A DNA stretch of 56,470 bases, taken from contig JACRFL010000012.1 in assembly GCA_016217905.1 (NCBI GenBank), positions 1 to 56,470 on the forward strand. Reading direction: 5' to 3'. The notes under the pieces are model-generated. The model did not search any database. It saw nothing but the letters and a program-made list of their open reading frames with translations, and was not told the DNA's origin. Positions within the stretch are counted from its first letter, which is position 1. Every line of letters starts with the position of its first letter. Position numbers and translations under genes: made by a program. Shown here piece after piece: positions 27,667 through 37,053 of the stretch. Origin of the DNA: Candidatus Kaiserbacteria bacterium (GTDB lineage: Bacteria; Patescibacteriota; Minisyncoccia; Phycocordibacterales; Phycocordibacteraceae).

Positions 27667-29398
27667 AGAGGATAAAGTCGCCGCTCTGGTATACGGGAGC
27701 GCCCACGATTTTATTTATATTCCATTCCTTATCTTGGACGCGGTCTACCAACACATATTCAATCTTATACTTTTTAATATTTTCAAGCAGAGAATGCTTA
27801 CTAAAACTCTGGTACCGTGAGATAAGTTGCTCTAAAATGCTGTCAGGGAAACAGCCGTAGGAGCCGCACAAGTCGCGCCAGTAGGTCGCGATATAGAGCG
27901 CGCCGCTCACCTCATCGCGATGGTGGTAGACATAGTCGCGCACCGACTGCACGGTCACGCCGCGCAATGCGAGCCGCACGAAGTGGTCGTGGAGGATGCG
28001 CTCCTGCGGCACGGCAAAGGTAGTGTCGTAGCCGCCGGTGGCATACGCGAAATCCTGAGTATAGATCGTGAGGCGCGTCGAGAGATACTCATCGGCGAGC
28101 ACGACCGACTGAGGTGGTGCAATATCCCGCAGATACGCGAAGATGGGCGCGAGCGCCTGATACCGAGAAGATTCAATACGGTGCGCCTTATACGAAGAGA
28201 CTTGCACGCCGAGCGAGAACCAGGCGACCACACCGATGAGTGCGCTCGCCGCGCCAATGCGCCAGATGCGCGGGAAAAGCGTGAGCAGTTCCATCATGAG
28301 CAGTGACATTGAGAGGAGAAACAGTGGGATATTTGTATAGAAATGGAAGTGCTGTGGGAACATAAGCTTCCCGGTGAGTACCTGTTGGTTGGAAACGATG
28401 ACTCCCGTAATGAGCAGAAGCAATATGAATGTATATTTTTTTGCGAACGCGGATGTCCATGCGCCAAATTTCCCCACTCCTTCGCTCCACCATGCCCACG
28501 CGTATAGAAACGCATACAAAAAGAGCGGGGCTAGAATCATTTTTTCAATAATGATTCGATGTGTCGGAATAGCCTGCATCAACGCGCTCCCGCCTCCCTG
28601 AAGGAATATAGACGCATTCAAAAACAAAAAGGGTGCCATACAAAGAACGCTGACCATTCCTGCGACGCCGGCTCCGAGCATGAGCGGTCGATTCCGCACG
28701 GCAAGAGCGTAGAAAAACATGACTCCAAGCAGTACGAACGCGAACGCCCAGAAATAAGGATAGATATATACCAACAGCCCCACGCCCGCGCCACTAAGTG
28801 CCATCGCCCATTTTGAGCGCGGATTGCGCGACAGATAGAGTAAGCCAAAAAGCGCTGCAAAGAAAAAAATACTGCTCACCTGCGGATTGATCGGCCGCGA
28901 ATAGGTGAGAAACGTGCCGTAGCTCCCATTGAGGAGAAAGGTGTGTAGGAGGTTGGACAGAGCGGTCGGCTGCACGATCTCATTCCCGAGGAGCATCATA
29001 GCACTCGCCACGAGCCCGGTGAGATGACTCCTCGACAGCACAAGCGCGAATGCGTAGAGCAGCAGGGCGAGCAGTGCGGGAAAGAGAAACTCCATCAGTA
29101 TGGTCAACACATCAATTGGCAGACGGAGAGCCGCCCCTGCTTTGCCGAGCGCATATTCAAGCGCGAAATATTGGAACGGATTGTGCGCGTTGCGATACTC
29201 GTACTGGAACGGATCCCCGACCGGGCCCGCGCTCGCATAACTCTTGTTAATAACAGAGAGGTAAAAATCCTCGTCCGTGGCATCAGCCATAATGATCCCC
29301 CGATAGCCCGGGGTGGTCGCGTGATAGATATTCGGCGCCGCATAGAGCCCGCCGACCAAGAGTGCGAGGAGTATAGCCCAGATATGGTTTTTGATCAT
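27653..29398 (-). CDS. Polytopic membrane protein, putative GT-C-fold glycosyltransferase
   Basis: At least 10 hydrophobic segments, acidic first-loop motif ADATDEDFY, and a large soluble C-terminal domain. I prefer ATG 29398 (MIKNHIWAILLALL). Confidence 0.45.
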   Translation of the reverse strand: MIKNHIWAILLALLVGGLYAAPNIYHATTPGYRGIIMADATDEDFYLSVINKSYASAGPVGDPFQYEYRNAHNPFQYFALEYALGKAGAALRLPIDVLTILMEFLFPALLALLLYAFALVLSRSHLTGLVASAMMLLGNEIVQPTALSNLLHTFLLNGSYGTFLTYSRPINPQVSSIFFFAALFGLLYLSRNPRSKWAMALSGAGVGLLVYIYPYFWAFAFVLLGVMFFYALAVRNRPLMLGAGVAGMVSVLCMAPFLFLNASIFLQGGGSALMQAIPTHRIIIEKMILAPLFLYAFLYAWAWWSEGVGKFGAWTSAFAKKYTFILLLLITGVIVSNQQVLTGKLMFPQHFHFYTNIPLFLLSMSLLMMELLTLFPRIWRIGAASALIGVVAWFSLGVQVSSYKAHRIESSRYQALAPIFAYLRDIAPPQSVVLADEYLSTRLTIYTQDFAYATGGYDTTFAVPQERILHDHFVRLALRGVTVQSVRDYVYHHRDEVSGALYIATYWRDLCGSYGCFPDSILEQLISRYQSFSKHSLLENIKKYKIEYVLVDRVQDKEWNINKIVGAPVYQSGDFILYAIR

Positions 29399-29536
29399 GC
29401 GTGTTCCTCTAAAAATAGCGCGCCGAAGCGCCCCTCGCAATTCGTATTTGACAATGCGAAATACTAGTGTATCGTATTCATAGGTAGAAATTCTATCTGC
29501 TCCGCGCTAAGCGCATCAACCACACAGGAGGGCGCC

Positions 29537-29932
29537 ATGCGCCAGGAACACATTGTTAGATTTCTCCGGAGGGAGAGCAGCACCGCGAAAGCACTGACTG
29601 CAGACCTCGTTGTGGCTGCTTCATATTCCTCTTTACCAGATAAGCTGACCGACGGGACTCGGGAGGGCCTTAAGCTCGCGTTGAAGTTCCACGACCTCAA
29701 CCCGCGTGCAATGTTGGCGTTCTGCAACTGCGCCCACTCCAAGTTCCCCTGGAAGAAGATCTTTCCTAATGCGCGCATCATCATCCGGTGCTTCCCGCAC
29801 CGGTATGAGTACCAGCCGGATCATCCGTTCGAGAATGAACGGGAGTTCGGCAGGTATGTCCTGATGAGTGTGGCGCGCTGGACAGTTCTTCGACTCTTCC
29901 CGATCGGATGGTTCCGTAACCTTCACCACTAG
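29537..29932 (+). CDS. Hypothetical protein (131 aa)
   Basis: Balanced composition. AGGAGG at 29526-29531 lies 5 nt before the ATG. The GC hairpin at 29932-29948 follows the stop. No family recognised. Confidence 0.45.
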   Translation: MRQEHIVRFLRRESSTAKALTADLVVAASYSSLPDKLTDGTREGLKLALKFHDLNPRAMLAFCNCAHSKFPWKKIFPNARIIIRCFPHRYEYQPDHPFENEREFGRYVLMSVARWTVLRLFPIGWFRNLHH

Positions 29933-29948
29933 GCGCGCGCCGCGCGCC
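29932..29948 (+). terminator. GC-only hairpin after ORF 29537..29932 (no U tract)
   Basis: GGCGCGC gcc GCGCGCC. Confidence 0.3.
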
Positions 29949-30014
29949 CAATGCCCTGCTCACGCGGGGCGTTGTCTTTTATAGGCCTAGCCTACGCTAT
30001 ACTGTGATTCATCT

Positions 30015-31463
30015 ATGGACGTTCGACACCGCTATCTGCATTGGGGTTTGTGCATCCTCGCGGTCGCGATACTCCTTGTTGCGAGTACGTATAAGCTGAG
30101 CGAGAGTCCGGGGATCTGGCTCGACGAGGGAATTTATACGCAACTCGGGATGAACGTGGCGCAGACGGGACAGCTCGCGCTCCAAGTCGCTCCGGCCGAA
30201 TTCCAACACAGTTCCTATATTTCAGTGGGCTATCCGCTCATCCGTCCGCTCGCGCTTTCCTACAAGCTCTTTGGCGTCGGCGTCGTGCAAGGCCGCGCGG
30301 TAATGGTCGTGTTCATTCTCCTGTTCGCGCTCGCCTCCTACTGGCTGATGCGGCGGCTCTATGGGCCGTGGGTGGCTGCGTGGTCGCTCCTCCTCCTCGC
30401 GGGTTTCCCGATGCTCTACGGCAACGGCAAGAGCGTGCTCGGCGAAGTGCCGGGACTATTCTTTTTTATCCTTACGCTACTCGCGCTCTCCTACCTTGAG
30501 GAGAGCGGCTACCGAAGCTGGCGCTGGAGCGTGGCCGCCGGGCTGGCGGCAGGGCTCTGTATTGCTACGAAGCCGATCTTTCTCTTAGTCATCGGTGCGG
30601 TACTCGTGACCCTTATCATCAAACGCGGAAGCGGGGTGACGTGGAGCAGCGTCGTGATCGGGACGGCGGCGCTCCTCATACCGTTCGCGTATTGGCTCTA
30701 TACGCAGCTCGGTGCGGATGTCACTCTCTCGTCGATTCTCCACGACTACGGTAATCCCTATGTCGCCACGCATATGGCAACGCTCGTTCTACAAAACGCC
30801 CTGCGCTTCTTCACCGAGACGACTCCGCTCTACACCGCCCTTCTTCTCGGTATATGGGCGACAGCGTTATTCGTACGGCGCAGAATGACCAGTATCTCCG
30901 GCGCTGAACTCTTGGCATTCTTTTTTTGCCTTCTCATCATTGCGTCGTATCTGCGCCTCCCCGGCTGGTATCGCTACCTGTTCCCCGCCACCATCATCGT
31001 GCTTATGTTCCTGCCTGCCGCGGCGCATATCGTGTTTCGCGCTCTGCAAGAGAAATGGATGGTCTTGAAGAATCAGACCTGGCTCATTTCTGTCGTTCTC
31101 GCACTCCTCGTTTGCGCGCAGCTCTATCAGACCGCGTGTTCTTCATATGTTGCGGAGTACTACCGAAGCACCCGCACCCGTGATGTGACGGCCGCCCTCA
31201 TCGCATTGCCGCGCACCGCGAGCATTTTTTTGTATAACGTGCCGGAACTCGGCGTGCTTCTCCCAACACGCCAGTACTACCAATACGTGGAATTGTCGCC
31301 GGGGGTCGTGCTTGGCGCTGACCAGCTCCCGCTCCTCGTACGCGGCGTTCCCGATCTGGTGGTGATAAATGCATCAATGTATGTCGCCTCTCCTTCCCTG
31401 TTTGCACGGTACACACTCCTCAAAACGGTCGATCGATATGACCTCTTAAAAGTGCTACCATAG
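30015..31463 (+). CDS. GT-C glycosyltransferase of the ArnT/PMT (GT39/GT83, PMT_2) type
   Basis: First-loop motif GIWLDEGIYTQ (DE..Y), ATKPIF, and about 11 TM segments. Confidence 0.7.
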   Translation: MDVRHRYLHWGLCILAVAILLVASTYKLSESPGIWLDEGIYTQLGMNVAQTGQLALQVAPAEFQHSSYISVGYPLIRPLALSYKLFGVGVVQGRAVMVVFILLFALASYWLMRRLYGPWVAAWSLLLLAGFPMLYGNGKSVLGEVPGLFFFILTLLALSYLEESGYRSWRWSVAAGLAAGLCIATKPIFLLVIGAVLVTLIIKRGSGVTWSSVVIGTAALLIPFAYWLYTQLGADVTLSSILHDYGNPYVATHMATLVLQNALRFFTETTPLYTALLLGIWATALFVRRRMTSISGAELLAFFFCLLIIASYLRLPGWYRYLFPATIIVLMFLPAAAHIVFRALQEKWMVLKNQTWLISVVLALLVCAQLYQTACSSYVAEYYRSTRTRDVTAALIALPRTASIFLYNVPELGVLLPTRQYYQYVELSPGVVLGADQLPLLVRGVPDLVVINASMYVASPSLFARYTLLKTVDRYDLLKVLP

Positions 31464-31469
31464 CTTCCC

Positions 31470-32120
31470 ATGCAAACGACCGCCGAGCAGACCGGAGAGT
31501 GGGAAGAGATCTGGAAACGCGAGGGAGTATTCGACCGGATTATTGATTGGGGGCGCACCGTGTACAATTGGTTCTTCCGCCGCCTACTCCGCCGCTATCT
31601 CACGCCAACGTCAGCGATGCTCGAGCTGGGGAGCGGTCGCGCGTCCCTCTCCCTCTCGCTCGCGAGAGAGATCGGCTCCTTGACCGGAGCGGACATATCC
31701 GAAACGGCGGTCGCCCAAGCGACCCGTGCTGCGGCGCGTCTCGGCCTCCATAACACCTCATTTGTCATTGACGACTGCACGAAGCTCGCGCTCCCAGAGC
31801 GATTCGATTTCGTCTGGAGCCAAGGACTGCTGGAGCATTTCGAGGACCCGATCGTCGTTGCGCGCGAGCACTACCGTATGCTCAAACCCGGTGGCACGGC
31901 CCTCCTCAGCGTCCCCTGTAAATACTCATACCACAATGTGTGGTACACCCTCACGCGCTCGGAGCTCTTGCGCCGATTCTGGCCGTGGACCGAGCAACGT
32001 TTTTTCGACGGAGCCGAGTTGCTTGCCGTCGGAAAGGCGGTGACACCCGATGCCCGCACCTTCCTCCTCCAGCCGCCCCTGCTCGGTATCATCCTCCTCG
32101 AGCTCCGTCGACCGGCGTAA
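31470..32120 (+). CDS. Class I SAM methyltransferase
   Basis: MLELGSGRASLS (motif I) and GLLEHFEDP. Confidence 0.75.
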   Translation: MQTTAEQTGEWEEIWKREGVFDRIIDWGRTVYNWFFRRLLRRYLTPTSAMLELGSGRASLSLSLAREIGSLTGADISETAVAQATRAAARLGLHNTSFVIDDCTKLALPERFDFVWSQGLLEHFEDPIVVAREHYRMLKPGGTALLSVPCKYSYHNVWYTLTRSELLRRFWPWTEQRFFDGAELLAVGKAVTPDARTFLLQPPLLGIILLELRRPA

Positions 32121-33261
32121 GCGGTGCGGACCGCGGCTCTCTTCCCCACACCCAGAAGTACGAACCAATATAGATGACGCACGTGCCGAGGATGACGCCA
32201 GTCAGGTACGCGATCCACAAATAGACAGGTGCGTGACCGACGACCACTTCCGTCGCGTGGACCAGCGCCCACTGCAGGAGCACCGACCCAGTCGAGAGCG
32301 TCTGGAAGCGGATGAACTTGTGGAGGAAGGGTGCCGAATCCGCGACACGATCCTTGAATGAGAACCGCTCGTGCATAAAGAAATTGGTGAACACCGCGAG
32401 CTCGCCGGCGATAACGACCACCGTGCTCGGCGGCAGCAGGCGGAGCCATATGCCAAATATCTGGAACAGCGCCGCTTGGAACGCGAGACCGGTGGCACCG
32501 ACCATAACCACCCGCAAGAATCGCCACTCGCGAAGCGTCTGGAAGCGCATCAAGAGTGTCACTCGCAGCGACTCGAGAATGTCGCCGGCTGCGCTCTTGG
32601 ATATGTCGTAGTCGCGCATGCGAAATGCGATCGGGATTTCGGCAATGCGGGCTCCCGAGCGGGCGACCGCGTAGAGAAACTGCAGTTTGTAGGCATACTG
32701 CCGCGACAGCAGCTGGTCTTCGCGGAGCGGCAGAAATCGGTCAAGCGTGGTACGGGTCGCCTTGAGCCCGGATGTCGCGTCGTAGACTGGGAGCTCGAGC
32801 AGGATCCGTGCATAGAGACTCCCGAGTCGGCTCAGAACTTTTCGATACGTCGCCCACTCTTTCGGTATGCTGCCGCCAGGCACGTACCGAGAACCGATGA
32901 CATAATCAAATCCTTTCACAAGTCCTTCGGCGAGGCGCCGCAAATCTTTTGGATCATGCTGTCCATCTCCGTCAAATTCGATGAATGCATCCGCGTGGAG
33001 CTTTTCCATTGCATACCGCATGCCGACAACATACGCGGAAGCGATGCCACGTTTCTCTTTTTCGGATATGAGATGGATGTTCTTATAACGCGTGCTGACG
33101 TCTCGCACGATAGCGCCCGTTCCATCGGGGGAATTAGCGTCAACAACTACGATACTCCATTCATGTTCGGGCGATTGCGTAAGTATGGCTCCTACTTCCT
33201 CAAGAAGCGTCCCGATGCGCCCCGCCTCGTTATACGTGGGAATGATGATGGTTAGCCGCAT
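32089..33261 (-). CDS. Polyprenol-phosphate glycosyltransferase (Dpm1/Ppm1-like GT2) fused to a GtrA-like 4-TM domain
   Basis: MRLTIIIPTYNEAGRI, VVDANSPDGT and FDGDGQHDP, then a hydrophobic C-terminal third. I prefer ATG 33261, which removes the overlap with the GT9 gene. Confidence 0.8.
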   Translation of the reverse strand: MRLTIIIPTYNEAGRIGTLLEEVGAILTQSPEHEWSIVVVDANSPDGTGAIVRDVSTRYKNIHLISEKEKRGIASAYVVGMRYAMEKLHADAFIEFDGDGQHDPKDLRRLAEGLVKGFDYVIGSRYVPGGSIPKEWATYRKVLSRLGSLYARILLELPVYDATSGLKATRTTLDRFLPLREDQLLSRQYAYKLQFLYAVARSGARIAEIPIAFRMRDYDISKSAAGDILESLRVTLLMRFQTLREWRFLRVVMVGATGLAFQAALFQIFGIWLRLLPPSTVVVIAGELAVFTNFFMHERFSFKDRVADSAPFLHKFIRFQTLSTGSVLLQWALVHATEVVVGHAPVYLWIAYLTGVILGTCVIYIGSYFWVWGREPRSAPLTPVDGARGG

Positions 33262-33298
33262 TTGCCCTATTGAACACCATGAATCCCGAATCTCAAAA

Positions 33299-34453
33299 TC
33301 AGATCGTGAGTCGGTTCTCCCGTAATAGTTCATCAATCGCCTCAATAACCATCGGAACAGTGACCGCTTCAACCTGCCGGCGCGCTTCGCGCGCATCATA
33401 GAAACGTGCGTTCATGACAAACAGCTGCGGCTTCTGGCGCGGCGCCACGACTATTTTATGGCGCGAACCGACGGGCGGCTGTTCGTTCTCATCGATCGGA
33501 CCGATGATATCGACGGTCGCGATGTTAAACGCTTCGGCAATGTATATCGGTCCCGTATCGGAACTCACAAACAACAACGCTTGAGCGATGAATGCTTTAA
33601 GTTCGTCAATTGAAAATTTTTCCGAAGCATCAATGATATTCCCCACTGTTCCTACAACGCGCATCATGGCTGCTACTTCTTCTTTGTCACGTGGACCGCC
33701 GATCACGACAACGGGTAGATCTCGAGAGACAAGGTGCTCGGCAACGCGCGCAAAACGATCGGCCGGCCAATTTTTTATTTTATTTCCCGCCGAAGGCGAG
33801 ATAACCGCAAACTTCTTTTCAATCAAATGATGCGCTCGTAAAAACTCCGCTGCATTTTTGCGTGCGGCGTCGGAATAGTTGATGCGCTTTGTCGTATCGT
33901 CGGTAACAATGCTCAGCGGCTCGAGTAATCGCAAATATTCTCGCGGTGCATAGTGCCCCATACAGTGCGGTATACGCACTGCCAGGAGACGTAAGAGCTT
34001 ATACGCTCTTGTCTCATAGGGGGACAACCCGTTTTCTATAACCGGGACGACAATGCGCGGTACGCCGGCAAGATATGCGGCGGCAAGTGCGCCCGCACTC
34101 GGCCCCGTTATGCAGAGGTACTCGATACCGCGCCGTCGTATTTCGCGGGCCATTTCACGTATGGCGCCGTTCCAGACACAATAGTCGTCGACATCGGGGT
34201 GGTCGCCGAGCACTTCCTTATTAATGCTATTCCCGATGACGCATACCTGTGCGCTCGGATACGTCCTTTTAATTGCCGAGAACATGGGTGTGGTGCACAC
34301 CATATCGCCCAATTTTGCCAGCTGTATCACACACACCTTCTTAGGATCGGAAGTCCCCTTCTTCGTGGCTGGCCCTCGGAAAAGTGCGTATCCGAAGCAG
34401 AGAGCATACAGTAGTACTGTCTGTAAACGATGCATAGATATAGTGTTAGCCAT
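33299..34453 (-). CDS. Glycosyltransferase family 9 (heptosyltransferase-like)
   Basis: KVCVIQLAKLGDMVCTTPMF and FVSSDTGPIYIAEAF. ATG 34453 avoids overlap with the upstream GT4. Confidence 0.75.
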   Translation of the reverse strand: MANTISMHRLQTVLLYALCFGYALFRGPATKKGTSDPKKVCVIQLAKLGDMVCTTPMFSAIKRTYPSAQVCVIGNSINKEVLGDHPDVDDYCVWNGAIREMAREIRRRGIEYLCITGPSAGALAAAYLAGVPRIVVPVIENGLSPYETRAYKLLRLLAVRIPHCMGHYAPREYLRLLEPLSIVTDDTTKRINYSDAARKNAAEFLRAHHLIEKKFAVISPSAGNKIKNWPADRFARVAEHLVSRDLPVVVIGGPRDKEEVAAMMRVVGTVGNIIDASEKFSIDELKAFIAQALLFVSSDTGPIYIAEAFNIATVDIIGPIDENEQPPVGSRHKIVVAPRQKPQLFVMNARFYDAREARRQVEAVTVPMVIEAIDELLRENRLTI

Positions 34454-34470
34454 GTATGGGGAATACGTCG

Positions 34471-35613
34471 TCAGGAACGATCCTGAATAAAATCTAGGAT
34501 GCGCCGTGAACGTTCGCTCCATTCGTACCGCGAGACGTCTTTCTTCGCGCGCTGCGCGAGCCGCTCTCCGAGCGTCGGATCGTTAAGTAGCGTGTGGACA
34601 GTACATGCAAGGGCATCACTATCCCCGGGAGGAATGAGTACCGCATTCTCTTCATTCAGCACTTCGCGAATCGTGGGCAAATCAGTCGCGATGATAGGCC
34701 TTCCGCTCGCCATATACTCGAACATCTTCACGGGCGACATATTGTTCCGATAATGCGGCATGTCGGGGAACGGCATCAGGAGGATATCGGCGGCGCACTG
34801 GTATTGTGCAAGGAGCGATTGCGGCATAAAACCGACGAAGCGTACCTGTGCCGCGACGCCAAGCGCCTCCGCTTCAGCCTGGTAGTGTTTTATATCCGTT
34901 GTACTGCCTCCCGCAGCAACAAACAGTGCGTGCTTGACGCGCTGCATCGCATGCAGTATGTCGTGTATACCCTTATCCGCTCCCATCGTGGTGAAATTGC
35001 CCGTGTAGACGATGACGGGAGTCTCTATCGGGAGCGCAAGCATCGCGCGCGCCTCGGCGCGCGGGGTCGCGATACTAAACGTCGCGAGGTCGACGCCGCT
35101 TGGCTCGACGATGATTGTATTCTCTCTAAAACCTATCCGCACAAACGTGCGTTTCAGCGCTTGCGAAATGACCACAATCCCTTGTGCAGCGCGTGCGAGT
35201 GCGAAATACAGTGTGCGTTTCGCAAACACGTGATGCGACTCAAGAATTGCCGGCATGCCCACGATGTGCAGCGGGAGGAGCGAGATTTCGCGCGTATAGA
35301 TGACGCTTCCCTTTTTTGGCAAAAAAAGCAACAAAAAAAACACGCCATACGCAAAGATGAGCGAAGCAAGCCAGGAAGCTGTTTGTCCGTGCGTATACAA
35401 CCAATCGATTGTCGGCACGGTACACACCGAGAAAGTCTTCCCGACGCCATAGGTCTCAAAAATATCAGTCTGAATATGCGTCTTCCGTCGCGGAATAACG
35501 AGTGTCACCGCCGCCCCCGCGCGCGCAAATGCGTCACAGGATTTGACGATGGTGAGGCCGTGCGCCTTCTCGGTCGGCAGGCGCACATTCGCGAGATAAT
35601 ATATATGTATCAT
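34471..35613 (-). CDS. Glycosyltransferase family 4
   Basis: MIHIYYLANVRLPTEKAHGL... and SPVKMFEYMASGRPII. ATGA overlap with the upstream stop at 35610-35613. Confidence 0.8.
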   Translation of the reverse strand: MIHIYYLANVRLPTEKAHGLTIVKSCDAFARAGAAVTLVIPRRKTHIQTDIFETYGVGKTFSVCTVPTIDWLYTHGQTASWLASLIFAYGVFFLLLFLPKKGSVIYTREISLLPLHIVGMPAILESHHVFAKRTLYFALARAAQGIVVISQALKRTFVRIGFRENTIIVEPSGVDLATFSIATPRAEARAMLALPIETPVIVYTGNFTTMGADKGIHDILHAMQRVKHALFVAAGGSTTDIKHYQAEAEALGVAAQVRFVGFMPQSLLAQYQCAADILLMPFPDMPHYRNNMSPVKMFEYMASGRPIIATDLPTIREVLNEENAVLIPPGDSDALACTVHTLLNDPTLGERLAQRAKKDVSRYEWSERSRRILDFIQDRS

Positions 35614-36248
35614 ACCGCATCCGGCACCGCCACGACCGCAAGCGTCTCGATGAAGCGGGGTGTAAAAAGTGAGAGGAGCCAATACATTCCGTTGAGAATC
35701 TTTTTCTTCCAGCTCTCGCGGTGGAGCACCCCGAGCGAATAGACAAAATCTATCCGCTCAACGCGCCACCCATTCTTCCTCAGCGACTGCCGAAGCGTTT
35801 TTTCATTGAAGTAACAGGTGTGATCCGCATTAACAGTCGGTTCGCCCTTTGAAAACTTTTCGGCGATGTTGAAGAGATTAAATGCGTTCGGTGTTGAGAG
35901 AATAAGCCGTCCGCCGGGCGCTAGATGCTGTTTCGCGTGGGCGAGAAACAGCCCGGGATTGGAAAGGTGCTCAATGAGATCTCCTGCAAAAATGACGTCG
36001 AATCTCTTATTGAGCGAGAACGATTCCGCACTCGCGCGCAGGTAGTGCGCCGGGCCGCCGGGCAGCTTGGTCTCGTCATAGGAAGTGTCGATGCCCCACA
36101 CCTCACGCGCTCGCGCGCGCAGGAGCGCATGCACCCACTCCGGCGAGTCGACGCCCACCCCTTGGCCCCAGAAGCCGATATCGAGCACCGTATCGCCCGG
36201 CAACACGAGTGCCGTGATGAGTTCTTTTTTGTTGGTGAAGACGGCCAT
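35610..36248 (-). CDS. Class I SAM methyltransferase
   Basis: VLDIGFWGQG and DVIFAGDLIEHL. Confidence 0.7.
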   Translation of the reverse strand: MAVFTNKKELITALVLPGDTVLDIGFWGQGVGVDSPEWVHALLRARAREVWGIDTSYDETKLPGGPAHYLRASAESFSLNKRFDVIFAGDLIEHLSNPGLFLAHAKQHLAPGGRLILSTPNAFNLFNIAEKFSKGEPTVNADHTCYFNEKTLRQSLRKNGWRVERIDFVYSLGVLHRESWKKKILNGMYWLLSLFTPRFIETLAVVAVPDAV

Positions 36249-36249
36249 A

Positions 36250-37053
36250 TTACCAGCGGTTGACCGACGAAAGCGCCCGGCGGATCACCTCATATTGATA
36301 CCACAGGCGCGCCCGCTCGATCGCAAGAGGCATCCGCTTCCCGCGACACCAGAGGAGCGCGCGGAGCGTGCGACCGGCGTAGAGCGCTGCAACGAGCGTC
36401 TCGTGCAGCGCGAGCGAGAACCATGCGCGCAGGGTGAGCGGTGCGCGACGCGCATCTTCGAGCGAGAGGTACCGACGCCACTTCGCACGAAGCTCGGTCG
36501 CGTCGGGAGACAATGGGACATACATTGCATGCACCAGACGCTTCGGCACGATACCCGGTGCAAGCTCGATGCGCTCGTGGATGCTTTTTTTAAACTGTGT
36601 TGCCACCGTGCGACTAAAAAAGCGCATTTGTTGGTTTGGATACGTGCTCGCGCACCGGACAATCGCACCGTCCACCACATAGAGCCGGGGTACAAAATAT
36701 GCCCCAATCGCCGAAGAGGCGATGATATTTCTGATTTCTTCGACAAGTCCTGAATCGATATATTCGTCCGAATCAAGGTAGAAGAACCAGTCATACGAGG
36801 CGGCGGCAAGCGTCTGATTGCGCACGCCAGCGAAGTCAATAATGCGCCCCTGATCGTCCTGGTGCGCCTTATCCTGATTGAGGATACGTGCACCGGCAGC
36901 ACGCGCGATTTCGAGCGTCCCGTCGGTCGAACCCCCGTCGCACACGATGATCTCGGCGAAATCTCTCACACTGTCGAGACAGCGCGGCACTGTTGCGGCA
37001 TTGTTACGCGTCAGGATGGCGACCGTGCAGGGAATCTTGTCGGGTGCATTCAT
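36250..37053 (-). CDS. Glycosyltransferase family 2
   Basis: CTVAILTRNNAATV, IVCDGGSTDGT and YLDSDE. Confidence 0.8.
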   Translation of the reverse strand: MNAPDKIPCTVAILTRNNAATVPRCLDSVRDFAEIIVCDGGSTDGTLEIARAAGARILNQDKAHQDDQGRIIDFAGVRNQTLAAASYDWFFYLDSDEYIDSGLVEEIRNIIASSAIGAYFVPRLYVVDGAIVRCASTYPNQQMRFFSRTVATQFKKSIHERIELAPGIVPKRLVHAMYVPLSPDATELRAKWRRYLSLEDARRAPLTLRAWFSLALHETLVAALYAGRTLRALLWCRGKRMPLAIERARLWYQYEVIRRALSSVNRW

